Source: a virus
Taxonomy: Duplodnaviria; Heunggongvirae; Uroviricota; Caudoviricetes
Length of the DNA stretch: 64,000 nucleotides
Strand: one strand, 5' to 3'
Virus record (IMG/VR): IMGVR_UViG_3300021431_000002
Both the position numbers and the translations under genes were made by a program. Positions 56,861 to 64,000 of the stretch are shown here, piece after piece (within the stretch, counting starts at the first letter, position 1; each line of letters starts with the position of its first letter). The notes under the pieces were generated by a model. The model did no database searches. It had not been told where the DNA came from and saw only the letters and a list, made by a program, of their open reading frames with translations.

Positions 56861-56925
56861 ATACTGTCGCATTTAGCCACTCTGCCAACCTTCAAAGAAG
56901 GTGTGGGATTCGAACCCACGAAACC
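56861..56925 (-). other. tRNA 3' half followed immediately by a class-II tRNA 5' half (permuted or fragment arrangement)
   Basis: On the minus strand: GTGGG-TTCGAAT-CCCAC ACCTTC-TTT-GAAGGT TG GCA GAGTGGCTAAA TGC. No 5' half lies upstream of the T-arm. Confidence 0.35.
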
Positions 56926-57070
56926 ATACGGTAACGGTTTTCAGAACAAATATTGCTGCTTGTTTCCTTTGTAAAAAAACTACTGAGTAATTGTAGGGGC
57001 GATGGGTAATGCTCCCACTATCTCATGCTTATAAGGCATGTGCTTTTACTGTCTAAGCTACACCCCAATC

Positions 57071-57295
57071 TTACTTAAAACTATTCCAATATGGATAATT
57101 TCTCTTTTCAGATTCTGGTGTACCTGTCAACTCATACCTTGCACCGCAATAAGGGCAATGTGCATAAGTCACCATCGTATCGTCATCTTCATTCAATTCT
57201 TCTCCGTTGATTTCACTAAGCATAAAGTTTCCTTCTAGAATTATCTCATGCTTACAACGCATACATTTTTCCATATTGTCAGTTTTCAGTTTCAT
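57071..57295 (-). CDS. zinc-ribbon protein (about 75 aa). Start trimmed at the tRNA-like overlap
   Basis: CMRCKHE...CPYCG. Confidence 0.35.
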   Translation of the reverse strand: MKLKTDNMEKCMRCKHEIILEGNFMLSEINGEELNEDDDTMVTYAHCPYCGARYELTGTPESEKRNYPYWNSFK

Positions 57296-57437
57296 AGAGC
57301 CGTGTGCTGGATTCGAACCAACGTTAGTACTTAAACACCCCTTTACGCATATGCTGGTACCAAATTGGGGTCGCCTTGTTTGCGCTGTGCTGTCCATCTT
57401 ACACTAACACGGCATGGTGCAACTTTCTAGTCTAATG

Positions 57438-57510
57438 AGCGAGTAATGGGACTCGAACCCACAACCCTCTGTCTGGCAGGCAGATGCTCTAACCATTGAG
57501 CTATACTCGC
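57438..57510 (-). tRNA. tRNA-Gly(GCC)
   Basis: Acceptor GCGAGTA/TACTCGC. D-arm GCTC-AATGGTTA-GAGC. Anticodon loop CTGCCAG. T-arm GTGGG-TTCGAGT-CCCAT. Confidence 0.7.
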
Positions 57511-57519
57511 AATTAATTT

Positions 57520-57714
57520 TTATAGGCTATATTTCTCCGTTAGCCACTCTACAAATAAAAATGGTAAAGGGTCATCGAAAACAAAATTGCCACACACTGC
57601 ATATCTGAGACAAAAATAGATAAGCTGTAAAGGTATTAATAACGTTAAAGGTATAAATAAAATTATTATTGTCAACCTTAAAAAAATCTTTTTAATTGTA
57701 TTTTTTCCACCCAT
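57520..57714 (-). CDS. small membrane protein (64 aa)
   Basis: Hydrophobic helix. Confidence 0.3.
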   Translation of the reverse strand: MGGKNTIKKIFLRLTIIILFIPLTLLIPLQLIYFCLRYAVCGNFVFDDPLPFLFVEWLTEKYSL

Positions 57715-57756
57715 AGTTTATCCATTTAAAAAAAGGAAACGTTTGTTGTTTATTTT

Positions 57757-57880
57757 TAGTGCTCTATCCAACTGAGCTACCGCCACATTATCGTTATAAA
57801 ATTGAGTGGCGGACAGGACTCGAACCTGCGACCCCTAGCTTGGAATGCTTTTTAAACGATATACATTGCTGTACGTTTCC
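57757..57880 (-). other. circularly permuted-looking tRNA module. The T-arm plus 3' acceptor (57806-57830) is followed 15 nt downstream by a canonical 5' acceptor plus D-arm (57757-57790)
   Basis: Minus strand reads ...GCAGG-TTCGAGT-CCTGT CCGCCAC T [15 nt] GTGGCGG TA GCTC AGTTGGATA GAGC A. The two acceptor strands are perfectly complementary. Confidence 0.4.
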
Positions 57881-57886
57881 ACGTTG

Positions 57887-57959
57887 AGCGAGTGAACGGA
57901 ATCGAACCGTCATATGAACCTTGGAGGGGTCCCATTCTAACCATTGAACTACACTCGCA
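57887..57959 (-). tRNA. tRNA-Gly(UCC)
   Basis: Acceptor GCGAGTG/CACTCGC. Anticodon arm GGACC-CCTCCAA-GGTTC. T-arm GACGG-TTCGATT-CCGTT. Confidence 0.7.
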
Positions 57960-58209
57960 TGGTGAACTAACTTAGTGATGTTCCACAAATATATTTTATG
58001 AACACATATATTTAATGAAAAGGCAAGAACATCTGGTTTGGTATTAGTCCTTGAGCTGTTTACCTTATCGCAGCAACCGTTTATCTAATCACCTATAGAA
58101 TTGAAAATAAGGAGAATGTAGACAAATATTTGATGACCGATAAACTTGCGGTTTTGGACGTAGAATCACCGCCAACGCAAATCGTTTGTAATTCTCCTTA
58201 GTTGAGTTG

Positions 58210-59238
58210 TTACTGAACTGTCTTAACAACAGCAGACCTACCACTCTCGACACTTACGCCCTTGCCAGCGAAACTATTAACTTTCACTCCACGATTTGAT
58301 AGGTAATCGGCAACAACTGCTGCTCTCTTCTCAGAGAGACGCTGGTTAAACTCTTTTGAACCATCAGGACTTGCTGTTGCAGTAACATCTACAACTGCAT
58401 TATCCCCAACTTGGTTAAGAATGAACTTAGCCTCATTTGTCAATACTGAGCTTGCTGTGGCAAATGTAACAACCCAAGAGTCATTTCCATTCTTTACCAC
58501 TGCTGCATCAGTAGTTGGGGCATTCACTTCAACAATCTTCTCAACAACCTTTGGTTCACGTTTCTCACACTCATCAAGTCTTCCACGCAGATAGTTAATC
58601 TCGTTAGCCATTGCGCCAACATCGTAGGTCTTGAAATGATGTGTTCCGTTGCTAGTCTTAAAATGATATACATAAGTCAAGTTAAGTGCCAACTGTGCGC
58701 CCTTCTTATTGAACTGAATTGCGTCAATCTTATGCAAGTTCCAATACACCGCTGGTGTCAACACCAAACTATGTGCCTTATTCTTACCAATGTTAAACGC
58801 AAGGTCAAGACCAGTCTTTGCAGTTAGACTATTCTCAGATACGTTCCATGCATGAAGCCATCCAAGACCCGCAATGGCGCTAACCTCAAACACTCGTGGA
58901 GTACCCTTGTAGCCCCAAAAAAGGTTTGACAGATTCAATGCGCCATTAAGTCCGATATTAGTTGCCTTCACAGCGGTCTTAAGGTCACTGAAATGATTGT
59001 CGTTGAGTATGGCAAGACCCTCAATCTGGAATCCGATTACTGGTGTAATATCCTTAGTAATCTTCAAACCAACGTTTGTGTTCAAAGGGAACACGGAATT
59101 GAAATCAAGTGGTGTAGATACACCAGCGGTAACACCAACCCCAACGTTATCGAAAACGTTACTATTCTCTGTCGCAATCTGTGCATTTGCACTCACAACG
59201 GCACAAATAAGTGCCAACATTAAAAAAATTTTCTTCAT
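58210..59238 (-). CDS. OmpA-family outer-membrane protein with a signal peptide
   Basis: MKKIFLMLALICAVVSANAQ signal. C-terminal OmpA-like domain (SEKRAAVVADYLSNRGV...). Confidence 0.6.
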   Translation of the reverse strand: MKKIFLMLALICAVVSANAQIATENSNVFDNVGVGVTAGVSTPLDFNSVFPLNTNVGLKITKDITPVIGFQIEGLAILNDNHFSDLKTAVKATNIGLNGALNLSNLFWGYKGTPRVFEVSAIAGLGWLHAWNVSENSLTAKTGLDLAFNIGKNKAHSLVLTPAVYWNLHKIDAIQFNKKGAQLALNLTYVYHFKTSNGTHHFKTYDVGAMANEINYLRGRLDECEKREPKVVEKIVEVNAPTTDAAVVKNGNDSWVVTFATASSVLTNEAKFILNQVGDNAVVDVTATASPDGSKEFNQRLSEKRAAVVADYLSNRGVKVNSFAGKGVSVESGRSAVVKTVQ

Positions 59239-59290
59239 AACTTTTTTTATTTATTATTGTTTAAAATATGAATTAATATCAAAATTTTAA

Positions 59291-59605
59291 CTAAAATGGT
59301 AAATCATTTGCATTTGGGAGTTTAATAAGTTTCCAATTATAAGTATATATTTTCACCCCATCTTTTTTCACTAGATGAAAAGTTGGAATTCTAGTGCTAA
59401 AACCTTTTCTCTCAAATGTTCTAACAATCAGTTCAAAAGCCTCATAGCAATAAGGATGTTCTGAAGTTTCCAACTCCAATGATAATTCGTCTCCTGGATT
59501 CGTAATATCATTCTCCTCCAAACTTTCAATTATTTCTTTAATGAAAAAGAAACAATAATTAGGAAAATCAATGTCTTCTTTTGTTATTTTTTTATATTCT
59601 CCCAT
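59291..59605 (-). CDS. hypothetical protein (104 aa)
   Basis: ORF in track. Confidence 0.4.
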   Translation of the reverse strand: MGEYKKITKEDIDFPNYCFFFIKEIIESLEENDITNPGDELSLELETSEHPYCYEAFELIVRTFERKGFSTRIPTFHLVKKDGVKIYTYNWKLIKLPNANDLPF

Positions 59606-59874
59606 AATATTATCATAAAAACGGATACTTTTGTTTTAATATACCAATACCCACGAATGGGTGCTTAAACCACATGTTTAGCTTGGATTCGAACCAAGAA
59701 ATTGTAACAAAGTTACATTGCTGTAAGTATCCTTAGTTGATGGTGTGGGATTCGAACCCACGTTGCCGATAGGCTGCGTTCCTACAGAATTTATTCACCT
59801 ATCCATAGGATTCACTACTCTCTAGTTTCTTTTAGTACCGCCTTGCGCAATCCTCTTACTGAACCACCAATTTG

Positions 59875-59947
59875 TCTAGGTGAAGGGACTCGAACCCCCG
59901 ACCACAGCCGCCCAAGGGCCGCATTCTACCAACTGAACTACACCTAG
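59875..59947 (-). tRNA. tRNA-Pro(UGG)
   Basis: Acceptor CTAGGTG/CACCTAG. D-arm GTTC-AGTTGGTA-GAAT. Anticodon arm CGGCC-CTTGGGC-GGCTG with G37. T-arm GGGGG-TTCGAGT-CCCTT. Confidence 0.75.
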
Positions 59948-60070
59948 ATAAAACGATGCAAGTGATAAGCCTCGCAGTTTTTTTATTTAACGTGGAGAAC
60001 CTTGGATACTTCCTGCGTTACCAAACTCCATTCCTACCCTATGATTTTTGGAAACATTTTTTTCCATCTT

Positions 60071-60130
60071 AGCTACCTCCCCAAGTTTAATAATTTGTGG
60101 GGAGGGTTGGACTCGAACCAACGACCCTTA
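60071..60130 (-). other. Tyr-like tRNA 3' half followed by a 5' fragment (permuted arrangement). A repeat of the pieces flanking the HNH gene at 52628/53245
   Basis: GTTGG-TTCGAGT-CCAAC CCTCCCC A [16 nt] GGGGAGG TA GCTAAGATGG. Confidence 0.4.
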
Positions 60131-60373
60131 AATTATTAGTTTAATGCTATACCCTTTAATACTTGCTGTATGTTTCCTTGTATCATTTAATCATATAAAC
60201 CTCCGTGTGTTGGTTCATATTCTCCACCACTTTTATTAGTTACAGCATCCACCATGTGTTGGTTCGTACTCACCACCTCCGTAGAGGTATGGGTCTTCAT
60301 CATCGTGCATCATGAGGTTGCTATAATCATTCTTATCAACTGCTGCCATAATAATTCTTTTTTAAATTACTTT

Positions 60374-60412
60374 TGCAAAGATATATAAAATATTTCTTAT
60401 TTCAAAATTTTC
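60374..60412 (-). promoter_or_regulatory. Bacteroidetes-type promoter variant
   Basis: tgcaaagata plus a ttcaaaatttt box. Confidence 0.4.
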
Positions 60413-60425
60413 AATGAACTTTTTT

Positions 60426-60608
60426 TCAATACACCTCTATTTTGTTTCCGCAACTTGGACAAGTAATAAACTTACCAATATAGGTTTCTCCAGCATATGA
60501 CTGAACGCCATAAGAACATTCTTTTTCCTCTATGTCAGATGCCCCATATTTTATATATTGACTGCATTTGTAACATTTTACAACGTTTTTACCAAGTGTT
60601 TTTGCCAT
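60426..60608 (-). CDS. zinc-ribbon protein (60 aa)
   Basis: CYKC...CPSC. Confidence 0.35.
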   Translation of the reverse strand: MAKTLGKNVVKCYKCSQYIKYGASDIEEKECSYGVQSYAGETYIGKFITCPSCGNKIEVY

Positions 60609-60630
60609 AATATTCTCTTTTACTTTTTGG

Positions 60631-60704
60631 GGTGTTCGACAGGACTCGAACCTGCGTAAACAAGTGCCACAAACTTGCGCCTAAACCACTCGGCCACGAA
60701 CACC
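60631..60704 (-). tRNA. tRNA-His(GUG) with an encoded G-1:C73 pair
   Basis: G-1 plus acceptor GTGTTCG/CGAACAC plus C73. D-arm GCC-GAGTGGTTTA-GGC. Anticodon arm CAAGT-TTGTGGC-ACTTG. T-arm GCAGG-TTCGAGT-CCTGT. Confidence 0.8.
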
Positions 60705-60721
60705 ATATTAAAAAATTGAAC

Positions 60722-60800
60722 ATGCGTCAGGCGAGCTGGATTCAAACCAGCGAACTCTGCTATATCAAACACGGCTTAGTTGCAGACAGTGTGCCGTTTC
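60722..60800 (-). tRNA. tRNA-like element (T-arm GCTGG-TTTGAAT-CCAGC) with an unresolved cloverleaf
   Basis: Acceptor CAGGCGG/TCGCCTG. Confidence 0.3.
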
Positions 60801-60834
60801 CGCCTGAATTAAAGACTTGGACAATATATTTTAA

Positions 60835-61773
60835 CTATTTTTTTTCAAACTCTATTTCACAAACCAATGGTAAGTGGTCAGAAACACCTTTCATTTCCTT
60901 ATCAAAATAACAACTCTTGATATTCAAAGTTTTCAGTAATTCCACATTACTTATTGCATATATTCTGTCACAATCTGCAAAATTCTGTGGCACAACCTCT
61001 TGTATTGTTAAGTTATGCGTTGATTCAATTGGCTCAATTAAATTCTTCTTAAGGTTATCTACATCCCAAGAATATTGATTATAACTGTTTGTATCACCCA
61101 TGATTATTGTCAATGGATTATTCCCCTTTGAATTTTCTATTATGTCTTTTACCAATTGCTTCAATTGTGCTTCTCTAGCCTTGATGTCTTTTGGTGTCTC
61201 TGTAGTCTCAGCGGTATAGTAATTGGCATCCATATGAATCACATACACACCAATTTTTACGTTTTCTTTTATAATTTCATAAAACCTATACCCCTTATGA
61301 GTTAATGCATCATTGGCGTTGCTGAAATATCCACAATTCTTTTTCCATGATATAATGGTTTCATCAATTGTGGTAACTTTTTCTTTTTTGGTTAGCAAGT
61401 TAAGACCATCACACTTAAATCTAGGAAGTGGGAAATATGTTAACCATTCAGTGTTTGAGAATATCTTAGAAAGGTCAAAACCACCGAGATAAGTACCGCA
61501 ATTATATTTCTTATCCAACTTAGACATTAAGTTGTCATGGTAGTTAAAATCCTCTTGAACCGCAATGATGTCAGCATCAGAGGAATTTAAATAATTGGCA
61601 ATCTTATCATTATTCTCTTCTTTATTTACGTTATCATTAATTGTAATGACAGTTGTACCCTTTATTAGTTTATATATCCATACAAAAGGTTTAAACAGCC
61701 AAGGAAGGTCATTCAAATCCAATGTTTCTGGAAGTCCATCAACGTTATATGTAAGCAATTTAAGATTCGTCAT
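60835..61773 (-). CDS. endonuclease/exonuclease/phosphatase (EEP) family protein
   Basis: LKLLTYNVDGL, IIAVQE, GDTNSY and SDHLPLVCEI motifs. Confidence 0.65.
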   Translation of the reverse strand: MTNLKLLTYNVDGLPETLDLNDLPWLFKPFVWIYKLIKGTTVITINDNVNKEENNDKIANYLNSSDADIIAVQEDFNYHDNLMSKLDKKYNCGTYLGGFDLSKIFSNTEWLTYFPLPRFKCDGLNLLTKKEKVTTIDETIISWKKNCGYFSNANDALTHKGYRFYEIIKENVKIGVYVIHMDANYYTAETTETPKDIKAREAQLKQLVKDIIENSKGNNPLTIIMGDTNSYNQYSWDVDNLKKNLIEPIESTHNLTIQEVVPQNFADCDRIYAISNVELLKTLNIKSCYFDKEMKGVSDHLPLVCEIEFEKK

Positions 61774-61793
61774 AATATTACAAACAAATTATG

Positions 61794-61867
61794 GGGGTAG
61801 TGTTGGAATCAAACCAACCTAAACAAGTGCCACAAACTTGCGCCTAAATCACTCTGCCAACTATCCC
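61794..61867 (-). tRNA. tRNA-His(GUG) paralog with acceptor mismatches and a TTTGATT T-loop. Possibly a decaying copy
   Basis: Same D-loop and anticodon arm as 60631. Acceptor GGATAGT/ACTACCC with G-1:C73. Confidence 0.45.
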
Positions 61868-61963
61868 ATTTAAAAAACTTGGACAATTTACCGCCACTGA
61901 TGGATTGGGCTTGGCTTTTCAAGGTCACGCTTCCAAGTTATATGTCGGAATCATTAAAACTAA

Positions 61964-62036
61964 GGTGGTGCAGGATTCGAACCTACGTTCTCTTGGTAAA
62001 ATCCAAGGCTTTAAACCACTAAGCTAACCGTCTGGA
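61964..62036 (-). tRNA. tRNA-like gene with a 6-nt anticodon loop (CTTGG-ATTTTA-CCAAG)
   Basis: D-arm GCTT-AGTGGTTTA-AAGC. T-arm GTAGG-TTCGAAT-CCTGC. Acceptor has two mismatches. Confidence 0.3.
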
Positions 62037-62068
62037 GTTTATATCAATTGCTGTTAGATTCCTTTTTG

Positions 62069-62141
62069 TCAGGGTACTTGGACTCGAACCAAGAACAGCG
62101 TGTCTCCAAAGCACGTCGTCTACCTATTGACGTACACCCTG
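62069..62141 (-). tRNA. tRNA with a Gln-like acceptor. Anticodon loop reads TTTGGAG (UGG) or CTTTGGA (UUG) depending on register
   Basis: Acceptor CAGGGTG/TACCCTG. D-arm CGTC-AATAGGTAGA-GACG. T-arm CTTGG-TTCGAGT-CCAAG. Confidence 0.45.
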
Positions 62142-62237
62142 AGTTAAAATGCCAACACTCTAGAATTCTTGCATTATATCCTCTATCGTCTTATGCTGCT
62201 CTTAGAGAGGTTGCCTAAAGACTTGCGTTAGCATTTG

Positions 62238-62323
62238 TCGGAGGGGAGGGATTCGAACCCCCAGTGTTTCTGATGTGCTGGTTTTACAGACCAGTGCTAA
62301 TCCGCCATCTTAGCAGCCCTCCG
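62238..62323 (-). tRNA. tRNA-Tyr(GUA), class II
   Basis: Acceptor CGGAGGG/CCCTCCG plus A73. D-stem GCT/AGC. Anticodon arm CTGGT-CTGTAAA-ACCAG. Long variable arm. T-arm GGGGG-TTCGAAT-CCCTC. Confidence 0.7.
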
Positions 62324-62395
62324 ATTAAGCATAGGTTTCTCAACCACAATCCTTTCGAATTGACCACAGTGGTGAACTATGTATGCTTTAGCGTT

Positions 62396-62833
62396 TCATT
62401 TAAATTTTCCTAATCTTATACCTTCAACAAGGTAGTTATACAATATTTCCCAATCTGTTTCGGCTTCAAATCCGAACTTATCATCTATCCCTACATTGAA
62501 ATATGTTTTCTCATCGAAGCAAGACAGCGATGTGTTTTCTGTTTCAGTGTTTCGGTTAATATAATCAAACCTAATACCATTAGTTTTAAAATATTCAACA
62601 TAATCATTTATAACATTTTTATACGTTGATGTCCATAGTATGAGAGAAATCTGCTGGGCATGACTCATAATTTCCAATGCTTCTTTCGCAAAAGGATACC
62701 ACTTATACTCTTCTTTCTCGTGATAGCAAGCCTCAAATACAGTGTCGTGAATATCAACAAGCACATATATTTTCTCCCAATTACGGTCTTTCATTCGTTT
62801 GAATGCGCCATCGAAACTTTTTTCTATATTCAT
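62396..62833 (-). CDS. possible HAD-like phosphatase
   Basis: VLVDIHDTVF resembles the DxDxT motif I. Confidence 0.25.
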   Translation of the reverse strand: MNIEKSFDGAFKRMKDRNWEKIYVLVDIHDTVFEACYHEKEEYKWYPFAKEALEIMSHAQQISLILWTSTYKNVINDYVEYFKTNGIRFDYINRNTETENTSLSCFDEKTYFNVGIDDKFGFEAETDWEILYNYLVEGIRLGKFK

Positions 62834-63484
62834 AACGGCATATGTTTTTTAAATAAAGGGAAGTAGTTTCAAATCAAGCAAACAAACCAAAGTACCCTCT
62901 ATGGTTGTTATGACATTCTCATATGCCTTGGGTAATCTGCATCAAATGACATATCTCGAAAGACTTGCTTCCCAACAAGGCTTACATAGTTTGAGTGACG
63001 CTTTGCGACTCTCAGTGACTAATAAGCTCCATTCCTTAAATGGGTAAACCACACCACAAATAGATAGTCAATCATTGAGATTCGTGAAATGTGGGCTTGC
63101 ACCTTCTATACTACTCTCTAGACTCCTCATATAGACCCTTATACCCATTTTGTCAGCCAAGGCAGATTCGAACTACCACCGTTATTTCTAACGCCACCAA
63201 GCCTTCCCATATGCACTATAGCTTGAAACCTCCTAGGCAAATACTAGGTGTGCTACCATTACACCATTGACTGAAATTTGCTATGTTGGATGGATTCGAA
63301 CCATCGTAGAAAACGAAAGATTGTTTTCGAGTCATATCTAACGTGGGTCTCAATGTTTAAAGTCTCTGCTAGCAACGACTCCCTCGTTTCATTGACGGTT
63401 TCTCTCATTTGTCCCAGACATGGCATTAAAACTTGCAATTTTTTTCAAACACTCCATGTCCATTCCTCTGATACAACATAGTTG

Positions 63485-63557
63485 TTGGGATAGAGGGATT
63501 CGAACCCCCACAAACCAAGTGCCAGAAACTTGTGCGCTACCGTTACGCCATACCCCA
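63485..63557 (-). tRNA. tRNA-Gln(CUG)
   Basis: Acceptor TGGGGTA/TATCCCA. D-arm GCG-TAACGGTAG-CGC. Anticodon arm CAAGT-TTCTGGC-ACTTG. T-arm GGGGG-TTCGAAT-CCCTC. Confidence 0.75.
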
Positions 63558-63844
63558 ATGAAAACTGAAACCCTAGCTAGTAACGTATTTTAACAGCATC
63601 CTTACCTATTCTCTCAACCTCTCAGTGACGTTGGGCAATTTAGTCAATCAACGTGGTTTCAGTTTATACTGAAAGTTGAAATTCTCATGAGTATAGTCTA
63701 TCATGTCATTCACTCAAGCTTTACTGAGCCGAATCGTAGTGCTATAATTTCAACTTTATATTATAAGGGAACATTTAACTGTACTTTTAAAACCCAAATT
63801 TAATTACTTGTTAATTCAAAATACTTGCTGTGTGTTCCCACTTG

Positions 63845-63928
63845 TACCCCCAGTAGGAGTCGAACCTACAATGTCCTTTCGAACTCCACATCCTTAGTGT
63901 GGCGGCTATACCATTCGCCTATAGGGGC
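63845..63928 (-). tRNA. class-II Leu-like tRNA with anticodon loop CTAAGGA (AAG, A34)
   Basis: Acceptor GCCCCTA/TGGGGGT. D-stem GGC/GCC. Anticodon arm CCACA-CTAAGGA-TGTGG. Long variable arm. T-arm GTAGG-TTCGACT-CCTAC. Confidence 0.5.
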
Positions 63929-64000
63929 ACAGTGTTCGCTATGAACGATATTGTAAAAGGTCAGAGCACCATAGATAGTCTTGTTTTCACAATTCGGATT

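Noticed and set aside
100-63481. Numerous plus-strand ORFs of 60-230 aa in the six-frame track (for example 14666..15370, 31649..32317, 45990..46403, 55379..55660).
   Set aside because: Every one lies antisense within a longer minus-strand ORF or directly over a tRNA gene. Nearly all recognisable genes, promoters and tRNAs are on the minus strand, so these are shadow ORFs.
1-64000. Alternative genetic code within this window.
   Set aside because: All recognisable genes (ligase, cca, pncA, DHFR, Nudix, NMNAT and the HNH genes) are full length under the standard code, so no recoding is needed here. The suppressor-like tRNA may act on genes outside the window.

Overview
This 64-kb window is AT-rich (about 30-35% GC by eye) and almost every gene lies on the minus strand. 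It looks like part of a large phage genome whose host is a Bacteroidota bacterium. About 25 intergenic sites match the Bacteroidetes sigma-A promoter pattern when read on the minus strand: a -33 TTTG box, a spacer of about 19-21 nt, then a -7 TAnnTTTG box (typically ...AAAATTTGG-N19-TATCTTTGCA...). Between 1 and 38 kb sits an accessory island. It encodes an ATP-dependent RNA ligase, a CCA-adding tRNA nucleotidyltransferase, a calcineurin-like phosphoesterase, a PTH2-like protein and an endonuclease V-like protein. It also encodes several NAD-salvage enzymes: a PncA nicotinamidase, a PncC/CinA-like NMN deamidase, a NadM-like NMN adenylyltransferase, a Nudix hydrolase and a HIT hydrolase. DHFR is present with a homing-endonuclease-like gene overlapping its start. 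Other genes are two large paralogous proteins of unknown function next to an M20-like peptidase, a retropepsin-like protease, an AAA ATPase, several lipoproteins, and a GC-rich two-gene islet. From 38 to 64 kb, plus scattered sites further left, lies a very large minus-strand tRNA array. I could fold at least 35 tRNA genes by hand; it also holds many tRNA halves and fragments, two HNH endonuclease genes and small ORFs. Hand-folding suggests several unusual tRNAs, listed here. One has a class-II body with a CUA (amber-suppressor) anticodon loop, and another has a class-II body with a CAU anticodon. A family of Arg tRNAs carries long variable arms. Paralogous Lys and Asn tRNAs have non-canonical T-loops, and two tRNAs have A34 anticodons. 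There are also apparently permuted or split tRNA modules in which the 3' half lies next to or upstream of the 5' half, and three tRNA-like genes of about 108-110 nt. All tRNA calls were made by hand and need tRNAscan-SE, ARAGORN or Infernal confirmation. No CRISPR array, rRNA gene, integrase or virion structural gene was recognised.
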